Shown: positions 7,398-15,552 of the stretch, in pieces
Layout: each line of letters begins with the position of its first letter
How positions within the stretch are numbered: position 1 is the stretch's first letter
DNA from: Thermofilum adornatum
GTDB taxonomy: Archaea > Thermoproteota > Thermoprotei > Thermofilales > Thermofilaceae
DNA: 32,000 nt
Assembly: GCF_000446015.1 (NCBI RefSeq)
Contig: NC_022093.1
Coordinates: 1,718,260 to 1,750,259 of the forward strand
Direction of reading: 5' to 3'
Made by a program: the position numbers and the translations under genes
The notes under the pieces: model-generated
What the model saw: only the letters and a program-made list of their open reading frames with translations
Database searches by the model: none
What the model was told of the DNA's origin: nothing

Positions 7398-8690
7398 CTA
7401 TGGGTATGGTTTCTCGGTGAATATTATTTGTCCATTCTGGTAGAAGCCGACGTCTTTGAAGTCGTAGCCAGCGCCAGTCTTTACTATGGCCCATACGCCG
7501 TAGTCCTGGTTTGCCTTGTCACCAGCGCTGTCAAAGATCGTCCAGCCACTTACACCGTAGTAGTGCTTTGCAACTTCCACCAGGGCGTTCCTAATTGCAT
7601 TGCCGTCGTTGCTTCCAGCCCTAAGGATTGCCCAGCCCGCAACCTGGACTGCGTCGTACAAGTTGTCACAGAAGACTGTGGCATCTACCCCATACTTCTC
7701 CTTAAGTTTCTGTTTGAACTCTTCATAGAGAGGATTCGCTACAAAAAGCGGACGTGTTCCCAGAAGCTTAACCTTTGCAGCAAAAGCTCCAACGGCAGGT
7801 GTCTTAAGCTCTGCTGCTCCATGCGGGCCCTCCGATAGGAACCATCTAACACTAGAGAGAATAGACGACTCTGCAGCGTGGGAAAGTATGTTTCCGCCGT
7901 CCGTGTCGAATGAGATTAATACAACAGCATCGGCTTGCTCAGTCTGAACCTTGCTCGCAAGGCTGTTAACGTCCGCCGCATAGTCAGAAAGGTCTGGCTG
8001 ATAAGGCATGTCGACAACTTTCCCGCCAAATTGCGTAAATGCCTTTGAAAAGAAGTCGGCAAACGCGTTTCCATACTCGTCGTTCCTGTGGAAGACTATT
8101 ACTTTTCTTGCACCCTCCTGGAAAGCAAGGGTTGCGAGGACTTTTGCTTGGCCAGCGTCAGAACCGACGGTCCTGAATATAAAATCGTTGGGTATCGCGA
8201 GTGTTGGCGCGGTCGAGGATGGAGAAATTATTACTATCTGGTTGCTGTCTGCAAAGCTTTTTACTGCTTTGACCTGAGAGCTTGCAGCTGGCCCGATGAC
8301 CACCTTTATTCCTTGCTGTGCAAGCGTCTGGACATTTGATACGGCCTTGTCAACAGATGTGCCATCATCCAATATAACAGCCTTAAACTCGACATTGAAG
8401 CCGTAGGCCTGCACCTCCTTGTTCAAGTCCTCTATAGCCATCTGTGCAACTTTTTCCCAGATTTTACCTATAGATGAAAGAGAGCCAGTGAGTGGGAGAG
8501 TGAAGCCTATCTGTATAACTTTTTTAGATGCCGAGGGTTGTCCTCCAGCGGGTTGCTGGGGCTGTCCTTGCTGGGGACCAGCGAAGAATCCCGAGGCGGC
8601 GAAGCCAATGGCCATTCCAACTATAAGTGTAACAATAACTGCGGCGATGAACTGTACGCTAAACTTAGATTTTCCTGCTTGTTGTGTCAT
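7398..8690 (-). CDS. Type-I periplasmic-binding-protein fold substrate-binding protein (Leu/Ile/Val-binding family), N-terminally membrane anchored
   Basis: IQIGFTLPLTGSLSSIGKIWEKVAQMAIEDLN is typical of LivJ/K-family binding proteins. An N-terminal TM helix (FIAAVIVTLIVGMAIGFAASGFF) is followed by a P/Q-rich linker (GPQQGQPQQPAGGQP). I chose the ATG at 8690, which is preceded by GGGGGAG and a TATA-like CATATATAG. The ORF extension to 8810 looks non-coding. Confidence 0.85.
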   Translation of the reverse strand: MTQQAGKSKFSVQFIAAVIVTLIVGMAIGFAASGFFAGPQQGQPQQPAGGQPSASKKVIQIGFTLPLTGSLSSIGKIWEKVAQMAIEDLNKEVQAYGFNVEFKAVILDDGTSVDKAVSNVQTLAQQGIKVVIGPAASSQVKAVKSFADSNQIVIISPSSTAPTLAIPNDFIFRTVGSDAGQAKVLATLAFQEGARKVIVFHRNDEYGNAFADFFSKAFTQFGGKVVDMPYQPDLSDYAADVNSLASKVQTEQADAVVLISFDTDGGNILSHAAESSILSSVRWFLSEGPHGAAELKTPAVGAFAAKVKLLGTRPLFVANPLYEEFKQKLKEKYGVDATVFCDNLYDAVQVAGWAILRAGSNDGNAIRNALVEVAKHYYGVSGWTIFDSAGDKANQDYGVWAIVKTGAGYDFKDVGFYQNGQIIFTEKPYP

Positions 8691-8910
8691 GTGTTCTCCC
8701 CCTTGGGGGATGTAGTACAGCGATATGTAGGCTATATATGTCTTTGCCAAATATCTTCGCAGAAAATTGCAAAACAAAGGTAAGAATTTTGAAAAAAGTG
8801 TCAAGAACATCTTTGAATATGTGTAAAACTTACCATTAGAATATGCATATCAGTAATGCTTATAAAAGAGCCCCTAAAATTGCCGATAAATATATTTAGC
8901 GAAACTTTAT

Positions 8911-9873
8911 TTAATACTCTCTTGATTTGGTCAATACGTTTAGAGGTTTTTCTCCTCTAAGGTATCTTGCTATGTTTTCTGCAGCGAACCTGAGGCATTT
9001 CTCCCTGGATTTCTTTGTCCATCCTGCCTTGTGGGGCGTAGCTATAACATTTGGGAGCCTGTGGACACCTATACTTGAGGGGTAGCCTTGGCTTGGCGGA
9101 TAGGTCCACCATACGTCTATGCCTGCCCCGGCTATCCAGCCTTGTGTCAGGGCTTTGTATAATGCGTGTTCGTCTATAACGGGGCCCCGGCCTATGTTTA
9201 TGATATAGGCTGTTTTCTTCATTGACTTTAGTTCTTCTTCTCCTATGAGGCCTCTCGTCTCTCGTGTCAGCGGGAGAGCTATTACTGCATAGTCTGCCTG
9301 GGAGAGAGCCTCTTTGAGCTTGTCTTGTCCGTAGCATTCGTCGCAGTACTCGTCTCTTTCTGGGTTCTTCTTGACAGCTACTACTTTCATGTTGAATGCC
9401 TTTGCTATCCTCGCTATCTCTCTGCCGATATTGCCGTATCCAACGATGGTTAGTGTTGAGCCTTCAAGGTCTAGTAAGAAGTTTTCCTCTGTGTAGCTTC
9501 TCCACTTGCCGTTCTTTACCTCGTAATCCTGCTCTACAATTTTCTTGGCAAGTGAAAGCATGAGTGCGAAGGCGTGCTCTGCTACTGCCCTGGCGTTACA
9601 GCCCTTGGCCGTGGCAACCATGACGTTTCTATCGAACAGGGCCTCTAGGTCTAAGTTGTCTGCGCCAGCCGCGGGAACCTGGACAAACTTAAGTTTTCCC
9701 GCTCTCTTGATTGCCTCCCTTGGCAAGGTAACAGCCATAGCTATGGACGAGTCTTCTAGGCCAGAAAAGTCGGCACCGCTCCAGTAGAGAATCTCGATTT
9801 TTCCGCCTAGAACGTCCTCAATTATCCTCTTTTCCCACTCGGCAAGCCTCAAATAAACAAACAACCTCTCCAC
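8911..9873 (-). CDS. D-isomer-specific 2-hydroxyacid dehydrogenase (glyoxylate/hydroxypyruvate reductase or PGDH-like), NAD(P)-binding
   Basis: Rossmann motif VGYGNIGREIARIAKAFNMKV, then INIGRGPVIDEHAL, and a catalytic His region VIATPHKAG. GTG start. Confidence 0.9.
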   Translation of the reverse strand: MERLFVYLRLAEWEKRIIEDVLGGKIEILYWSGADFSGLEDSSIAMAVTLPREAIKRAGKLKFVQVPAAGADNLDLEALFDRNVMVATAKGCNARAVAEHAFALMLSLAKKIVEQDYEVKNGKWRSYTEENFLLDLEGSTLTIVGYGNIGREIARIAKAFNMKVVAVKKNPERDEYCDECYGQDKLKEALSQADYAVIALPLTRETRGLIGEEELKSMKKTAYIINIGRGPVIDEHALYKALTQGWIAGAGIDVWWTYPPSQGYPSSIGVHRLPNVIATPHKAGWTKKSREKCLRFAAENIARYLRGEKPLNVLTKSREY

Positions 9874-9936
9874 AAAAAAGGAATGTGTGATGCAGGGATA
9901 ATAAAGTTACGCAAATCTATGGGAGAAAGGGGCGGC

Positions 9937-10074
9937 ATGAAATTTATATGTCTGTCTGCACATTTATATATTGATCCGGTAGGATCGCGCCTCGACTGCC
10001 CCGTATGTGGGCTGGATGAAAAGGCGCCCGGGAAAACACAAAAAAAGAAATTTATTTTTTGGGCTTTCTCCTAA
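9937..10074 (+). CDS. Possible small Cys/His-containing protein (45 aa)
   Basis: The ATG is preceded by GAAAGGGG and by an AT-rich box about 30 nt upstream. The protein MKFICLSAHLYIDPVGSRLDCPVCG has C-x3-H-x11-C-x2-C spacing. It converges on the 3' end of 10052..11581 and overlaps it by 23 nt. There is no further support. Confidence 0.25.
   Translation: MKFICLSAHLYIDPVGSRLDCPVCGLDEKAPGKTQKKKFIFWAFS
10040..10046 (-). terminator. T7 tract 6 nt after the stop of the second binding-protein gene (end of the long operon)
   Basis: The minus strand reads TAA-ATTTC-TTTTTTT-GTGTTTTCC. Confidence 0.4.
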
Positions 10075-11581
10075 GCAGTAAAACTGTAGCTAACACTATC
10101 ACTAATACAATTATAGCCAGGACAATGTACAGAGTAAAGTCTTGTGCAGGCTGTTGTGGCTGAGCGGGTTTCGTGGGCTGTGTTGGCTGTTGTTGTGCTG
10201 GTTGTTGTGGCGGATACAGGTTGACCTCTACTGGGGGTGTAACGCTTTTAACTGTGTCTATGTATTGTGGAGCAAACATTCCAATTTTGAGGAGGGGCTT
10301 GTAGAGGTCTGGTAGATCCTGCTCGGTATAGTATTTGGCAAGAGAGGTTGTATCCCACACTATTTGTGCAATATACATGTCCTGTACTGTTCTGTGGTCT
10401 TCTTTTCTTATCTTTATGTCTCCCTTCACAGATGTAAATGTGAGGCCTTCAAGCGCGTTGATTAGTTTTTCAGAGTCTGTTGAGCCGCCGGTCTTCTTTA
10501 ATGCTAGTCCAAGCGCATGGCCAGCCACGAATCCCTCGCCGACAAAAAGGTCTGGCAAGGGGAAGGCTATGAGGACTGAGCCCATCGTTGGAAGTGCTTT
10601 TTTCTTGTAGAGTTCAACATACTTTGAGACAAGCCAGTCGTTGACTGGGTTATTCTGTGGTAGGTTCCAAGCATACTTCATCATTCCCTTGTAGTTGGGC
10701 AGGTATAGGCCCATTTTTAATAGGTTCAGGGTTGCTAGGTCTGGTATGCCTGAGGTGACTTTCATCTTTTGGTAAACTCCTGAAGCGTTTATCTGTTGGT
10801 AGAGTGTTAGAGCTGTTGCTCCACTCCATACGGGAATGAATACCTCTGCCTTTGAGGCCAGGAGAGACTGGATGTAGGGCGTAAAGTCAGTGGTTGTTAC
10901 GGGGGCATATATTGCGGCGACAACGCTTCCTCCTTTCTGTTGAATGATTGTTGACCAGGCATCGACAGTAGAGCGTCCCCAGGAGTTGCTCGGTGCTAGG
11001 AATGCAACTGTTTTGCCGAGGGTGGTGGCAAATGTTCCACCTGCAATTGCGTCGTGCCAAGTTGTACTTGAAATCTGGAAAACGTACCTGTTTAGGTAGG
11101 TCTTGGTTATCTCGTGGTCAGCGGCAGGGACAACCAAGAATACGACCTTGTATTTTTGGGCTATCTGTGTGAGGGCGATAGCTGACGGGCTGTCTGAACA
11201 GCCTACGAGTATCTCGGCTCCCTTGTTTTGTATCAAGTCCTCTGCTGCTTTTGTAGCTGTGGCTGGGTCTGGGATTTGCTGGCCGGCTGGAACATTGGTT
11301 GCCGCTATGATGTGTATTGTTTTGCCTTGCCAGTTAAGTTTCCATTCTAGGTTTGGCGTAACTGTCTCGAAGCTCGGTATCTCTAGCGCGTACATGAGTC
11401 CAAGAATGAAGCCGTTAATTGACATGTCGCCATAGTAGCTTAGTGCACCTGTCCTGTCGGTAACGATGCCTATAACGATTTCATTGGGGTTCTGGGCCTT
11501 GACGTTTATTGGTACAAAGGCTAGTGCTATTAGTGCTATCAAGAGGAGGGAGAGACTTTTAGCTCGTTCTTTTGTTGTCAT
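10052..11581 (-). CDS. Type-I PBP-fold substrate-binding protein of the second HAAT-type ABC system, C-terminally membrane anchored
   Basis: It has an N-terminal signal peptide (SLSLLLIALIALAFVPINVKAQNP) and a PBP core (IVIGIVTDRTGALSYYGDMSINGF). The C-terminus carries a P/Q-rich linker (PPQQPAQQQPTQPTKPAQPQQPAQ), a TM helix and a basic tail (RRKPKK). Confidence 0.8.
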   Translation of the reverse strand: MTTKERAKSLSLLLIALIALAFVPINVKAQNPNEIVIGIVTDRTGALSYYGDMSINGFILGLMYALEIPSFETVTPNLEWKLNWQGKTIHIIAATNVPAGQQIPDPATATKAAEDLIQNKGAEILVGCSDSPSAIALTQIAQKYKVVFLVVPAADHEITKTYLNRYVFQISSTTWHDAIAGGTFATTLGKTVAFLAPSNSWGRSTVDAWSTIIQQKGGSVVAAIYAPVTTTDFTPYIQSLLASKAEVFIPVWSGATALTLYQQINASGVYQKMKVTSGIPDLATLNLLKMGLYLPNYKGMMKYAWNLPQNNPVNDWLVSKYVELYKKKALPTMGSVLIAFPLPDLFVGEGFVAGHALGLALKKTGGSTDSEKLINALEGLTFTSVKGDIKIRKEDHRTVQDMYIAQIVWDTTSLAKYYTEQDLPDLYKPLLKIGMFAPQYIDTVKSVTPPVEVNLYPPQQPAQQQPTQPTKPAQPQQPAQDFTLYIVLAIIVLVIVLATVLLLRRKPKK

Positions 11582-11600
11582 ACGGTTGTAATAATAATTT

Positions 11601-11625
11601 CTTATTCAATAAAAAAAGGGTTAAC
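11601..11625 (-). promoter_or_regulatory. GGTTAAC half-site plus TATA-like box upstream of the second binding-protein gene
   Basis: The minus strand reads GAAATAGTAGTTAACC-c-TTTTTTTATTGAATAAG and ends about 20 nt before the ATG at 11581. Confidence 0.4.
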
Positions 11626-11651
11626 TACTATTTCTGGGCTCTATCTGCCTT

Positions 11652-12668
11652 TTATATCCAGCGGAAGATTGCGCTTGCCATGACGAAGCCTACTCCAGAA
11701 GTGATGAACTGTATGTAGTCTCCCTTCTTAATCTTGCCCTGTGTTAGAGTATCGTGTAGAGCCATGAATACGCAGGCAGATCCAGTGTATCCATATTTCT
11801 CCATGATGGTTGGGGCCTTCTCGATTGGCTGTCCAAGTAGCCTCATCAGCTGGTGGATCATCTCTCTGTTTACCTGTGTGACGAAGTAGTAGCTTATGTC
11901 GTTGGCTGTTAAATTTGCCTTTTTCTGTACCTCTTGTGCGAGTCCTGGCCAGTGGCGAAGGTTTATGTCGGGTGGATACCTTTTAAGGTACCTCAGCTTG
12001 TGCCATCCCTCCTTTACGACGTTCTCGTTTACTGGTCTTGCACCCCCTATGTATATGCCCCAGTAGTCTGTATAACTACCATCCGCAATTATTTTTCCAG
12101 TAATGTAGCCAGGTTCACTTGATGGGCCAAGAATGACGGCTCCAGCTCCGTCAGAGAAAATGGAGGCAGTCACGTCTTGTGGGTCAATAAATTTGGTCAT
12201 CGTGTAAGGTGAAACTACCAAGACATAGTTGACGTCTTCGTTGAGCATGATGTTCTGTGCCGCAAGCATGAGGGCTATTGTGTTGTCTGCACAGGCCGCG
12301 TTTATGTCGAAGCCTCCCGTTTTTAGTTTTGCGCCTAGCTTCTGGTGAACTGCACAAACTGTTGGTGGGGTCTGGAAGTCTGGGGTATCTGTTGCGAATA
12401 TGATAAGGTCGATATCGTCTATAGTGAGGTTGGCGTTTTGAAGAGCCATTCTAGCGGCTTCTGCGGCTAGATCCGAGGGGGCCTGGTCTGGCGCAGAGAC
12501 GTATCGGTGTTTGATGCCTATGCGGTTTTCTAGTGCATTTCTCCATGCATCGGGGAGCTTGAGACCAAAGAACTTTTCATAGTCATCGTTAGTTACTAGT
12601 GTTTTTCCAAGGGCTATGCCCGTGCTCACTATCCTGGCATATTTTTTTATTTCAGGCTTCGTAGCCAT
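11652..12668 (-). CDS. Beta-ketoacyl synthase III (FabH)-like thiolase-fold protein with a non-canonical active site
   Basis: It is collinear with FabH throughout. The nucleophile motif FDINAACADN is conserved. The positions matching the FabH HQAN and GNTSAAS motifs read TQVN and GYTGSAC. The ATG at 12668 is the second codon of the ORF-track model. Confidence 0.85.
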   Translation of the reverse strand: MATKPEIKKYARIVSTGIALGKTLVTNDDYEKFFGLKLPDAWRNALENRIGIKHRYVSAPDQAPSDLAAEAARMALQNANLTIDDIDLIIFATDTPDFQTPPTVCAVHQKLGAKLKTGGFDINAACADNTIALMLAAQNIMLNEDVNYVLVVSPYTMTKFIDPQDVTASIFSDGAGAVILGPSSEPGYITGKIIADGSYTDYWGIYIGGARPVNENVVKEGWHKLRYLKRYPPDINLRHWPGLAQEVQKKANLTANDISYYFVTQVNREMIHQLMRLLGQPIEKAPTIMEKYGYTGSACVFMALHDTLTQGKIKKGDYIQFITSGVGFVMASAIFRWI

Positions 12669-12688
12669 CAAAATACTCTGGGAAAAAT

Positions 12689-12711
12689 CCTATAAAATAA
12701 AAACGGTTAAC
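12689..12711 (-). promoter_or_regulatory. GGTTAAC half-site plus TATA-like box upstream of the KAS III-like gene
   Basis: The minus strand reads GAAATAGTTAACC-g-TTTTTATTTTATAGG, about 20 nt upstream of the ATG at 12668. Confidence 0.4.
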
Positions 12712-12724
12712 TATTTCCCGAAAC

Positions 12725-13954
12725 CTAAAAGATGCTTTCGATCTTTCTCTTGAGCTTCCAGCCTTTAAGCAACCATGTACCGTATATACCGTAAGGTAAT
12801 GCCAGGACAACTATTATGTAGAGGAGTCCGAGAATAAAGCTGGGGAAGAGTTGCAGTTGTTGGAGTGACAGGAAGCCTAGTGATATGAGTGCTGGAGTTA
12901 TCGTTGAAAGGTAGTCTCTAAGGAAGCCAGCAAGGATACCGCCAATAGCTGGTCCAACGAATGTGCCGAGACCACCCAGTATAGCACCAGTCATGGCAAT
13001 GAAGGTCTTATCGGTTGCGAAGACGTCTGGCTGGATTGTAGGTATGCAGGCGACGTACACGCTTCCGGCTACCCCTGCAAAGACGCCTGAAATAAAGAAA
13101 GCTATTAACTGGTGGAGAAAAACGTTGTAGCCTATAACAGATGCCCTTACCGGATTCTCCCTTATTGCTATAAATGTGCTTCCCAGAGGGGATGTGATGA
13201 TTCTCTTAATCAACAGATATGATATGTAGAGGCTAAGGAGAGAGACTAGGTACACGTTAAGAGGATATACAAATCGCAGGATTCTTACATAAGGAAGACC
13301 TGAACCTACTTCATGGAGGAATGTTGCCGAGGAGCTAAAGATTACGTACCCACTATAACCTAAGAAGATAAAGAGCAATAAGACAATCAGTGTTTTGAGA
13401 ACTTTCTGGCGTTTCCGCTTTGTGCTAATGATGTCTATCATCCCGGTCACAAGTGATAGAGCAAGAAATATTGTGAAGAGGGCGAGGTAGAGGTACAGCC
13501 CTTCAAGTGAAGCCATCTCAGGTATCGTACCTACCGTCACAGCAACAGTGGTTTGGGCAGAGTACTCAATAGTAGCTCTAATGGCTTCCGAAATAGCAAG
13601 CGTTAAGATACCATAGTACAGTCCCCTAACACGGTAGCCGGGAAGACCCATGCCGACATAAACAGCTCCCGAAATAAGTGCGGCGGGAATAAGAGATAGA
13701 AGGAACGGGACACCCTGCTTGAGAAGCACCGCCGTAATAAAGGCAGCAACACCGAATGGAACTGCGTGCCCGAAGCTTGGGATTCCCGCGAAACCCAAAA
13801 CTATGTTGTAGCTTAGTGCAAGTAGAGCCCATACAAATGTCAGGGGAATGCCTGTAGCCAGTGACCTGTCTAGCCATGGAATGGCAAGGAGTATTGTTAA
13901 GGACAAGTATCCAAGAAACCTATTAGGCAACAAGTAGTTCCTTAGTTTCTCCAT
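12725..13954 (-). CDS. livM: HAAT-family ABC transporter permease, LivM-type (enlarged, 409 aa)
   Basis: Polytopic protein. Motifs: YNIVLGFAGIPSFGHAVPFGVAAF and SPLGSTFIAIRENPVRASVIGYN. Confidence 0.85.
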   Translation of the reverse strand: MEKLRNYLLPNRFLGYLSLTILLAIPWLDRSLATGIPLTFVWALLALSYNIVLGFAGIPSFGHAVPFGVAAFITAVLLKQGVPFLLSLIPAALISGAVYVGMGLPGYRVRGLYYGILTLAISEAIRATIEYSAQTTVAVTVGTIPEMASLEGLYLYLALFTIFLALSLVTGMIDIISTKRKRQKVLKTLIVLLLFIFLGYSGYVIFSSSATFLHEVGSGLPYVRILRFVYPLNVYLVSLLSLYISYLLIKRIITSPLGSTFIAIRENPVRASVIGYNVFLHQLIAFFISGVFAGVAGSVYVACIPTIQPDVFATDKTFIAMTGAILGGLGTFVGPAIGGILAGFLRDYLSTITPALISLGFLSLQQLQLFPSFILGLLYIIVVLALPYGIYGTWLLKGWKLKRKIESIF

Positions 13955-13958
13955 TTTC

Positions 13959-14831
13959 TCACCTCTTGAATAATCCTTCTGGTTTAACCACTAGGACAAC
14001 TATCATGACTATGAGATCTATCGCAAAGCCCAGTTGGGGTATAAAGTAGGCTACAAGCCTGTCGACAAATCCTATCAGTAGACTCGCATAGAAGGCTCCC
14101 GAATAACTTTTCATGCCTCCTACCACGGGGATAGCGAATGCTAGAAGTGAAAAGTGGACAGGGAGCTCTATGGTTGCATGCGTCAGTGGAGCAACTAGTG
14201 CGCCACCCAGTAGTGCCAGGGCGACGCCAAATGTAAATGCAGACGTGAAGAGCATCGAGATATCTACACCGAAGACTGTAGCGAGCTCTCGGTTCTCTGT
14301 CCCCGCCCTAAGCTTTATACCAATCATGGTTTTTGAAAGAAGTGTACTCATGGTGCCGAATAGGACAAATCCAATCGCTATAAGAACAAACTTATAGATC
14401 CTTATCCTGACATCTGCTAGCTGTATATATCCTGACAACAAGAAGTTTTGAGTCTCCGGAAATACGAGCCCTGTTGGCCATATTAGTTGCATAAAGGTAT
14501 ACAATAGAGTCATTAGTCCCATGGTAAGTAGTAATTGTGCTAATGGATTCCCGTATACCGGCCGTATTATTGCTCTCTCGGTTAGAAGACCAAGGACTAT
14601 CCCTATAAGAAAAGTTAACAATAGGCTCAACAGGAAGTTATTCGTCATGTAATAAAACGTCACAAAGAGATATGCTCCTAGTCCAAAAAAGGCGCCCTGT
14701 GCTAGGTTAAAGACATCCATTAAGCCAAAAATAATCACAAGTCCTATGGCTGCAAGGTAGATCATTGATGAATAAGTCAACCCGTCTATAACTGCGCTTA
14801 GAATCAATTCAGGTGAAACCATATCCACCAC
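13959..14831 (-). CDS. livH: HAAT-family ABC transporter permease, LivH-type
   Basis: Motifs: AAIGLVIIFGLMDVFNLAQGAFFGLGAYL and MIGIKLRAGTENRELATVFGVD. Confidence 0.85.
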   Translation of the reverse strand: MVDMVSPELILSAVIDGLTYSSMIYLAAIGLVIIFGLMDVFNLAQGAFFGLGAYLFVTFYYMTNNFLLSLLLTFLIGIVLGLLTERAIIRPVYGNPLAQLLLTMGLMTLLYTFMQLIWPTGLVFPETQNFLLSGYIQLADVRIRIYKFVLIAIGFVLFGTMSTLLSKTMIGIKLRAGTENRELATVFGVDISMLFTSAFTFGVALALLGGALVAPLTHATIELPVHFSLLAFAIPVVGGMKSYSGAFYASLLIGFVDRLVAYFIPQLGFAIDLIVMIVVLVVKPEGLFKR

Positions 14832-15551
14832 CTATAAGCTTACACCCAGGATTCTCCTTATTACATGATTGTTTTCTTCTATTTTTTCCGAGGGAAAACC
14901 TGTCACCACAACACCTTTATCCATCAGGTAAATGTAATCTGTTATTTCGCGGGCGTAAGCAAAGTTCTGTTCAATCAATAGTATTGTCTTCTTATTTTCA
15001 AGCATGTAGTGCCTCAGCTGCCTGTAGAAGTTTTTAACATAAGCTGGGCTTAGACCCTCAGATGGCTCATCTAGTATGAGAAGATCATGCTCCCTTACCA
15101 GTCCACATGCAAGTGCAAGCATTCTTTGCTGACCGCCGCTAAGTTCTCCTGCTAGGAGGCCAGAGAACCGTTTAAGCTCTGGGAAAAGATTCATTACCAT
15201 TTCAAGCTTGTCGTCGAATTTTTCCTTTGGGCCATTATAGGCTAGCTTAAGGTTCTCAATGACGGTAAGGTTTGCAAATACATTTTTCTCTGCTGGGACA
15301 AAACTTATTCCCCTCTTGACTATGCTATGCGTTGGGAAATTAGTGATGTTCTCTCCTTTGAAAAACACTTCTCCCCTAGCTGCCTTATATATTCCCATTA
15401 TTGTTTTTAGAGTTGTTGTTTTTCCCACGCCATTTCTACCTAGAATGGCCGTGAGCTTGTATTCTTCCGCTTCGAAGTTTACTCCTTGAAGTATATGGAA
15501 GCCGCCTATATATGCATGAAGATCCTTTACTTTCAGAATTGGAGACGCCAC
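14832..15551 (-). CDS. livF: HAAT-family ABC transporter ATP-binding protein, LivF-type
   Basis: Walker A GRNGVGKTT, GISFVPAEKNVFANLTVIENL, signature LSGGQQRMLALACGL and Walker B LLILDEPSEGL. The ORF extends to 15593. A GTG at 15551, one nt after the upstream stop, is the more economical start. Confidence 0.85.
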   Translation of the reverse strand: MASPILKVKDLHAYIGGFHILQGVNFEAEEYKLTAILGRNGVGKTTTLKTIMGIYKAARGEVFFKGENITNFPTHSIVKRGISFVPAEKNVFANLTVIENLKLAYNGPKEKFDDKLEMVMNLFPELKRFSGLLAGELSGGQQRMLALACGLVREHDLLILDEPSEGLSPAYVKNFYRQLRHYMLENKKTILLIEQNFAYAREITDYIYLMDKGVVVTGFPSEKIEENNHVIRRILGVSL

Positions 15552-15552
15552 A

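Noticed and set aside
8560-8620. P/Q-rich coding stretches (also 10140..10215) as possible DNA tandem repeats.
   Set aside because: At the nucleotide level they are only loosely repetitive (CAG/CAA/CCN-rich) with no defined unit. They are better explained as low-complexity linker peptides.
8691-8810. N-terminal extension of the first binding-protein ORF (the 470-aa model).
   Set aside because: The 40 extra codons have a non-protein-like composition (MFLTLFSKFLPLFCNFLRRYLAK...). They contain a TATA-like box and an SD-like element that serve the ATG at 8690, which begins a typical positively charged region plus a TM anchor.
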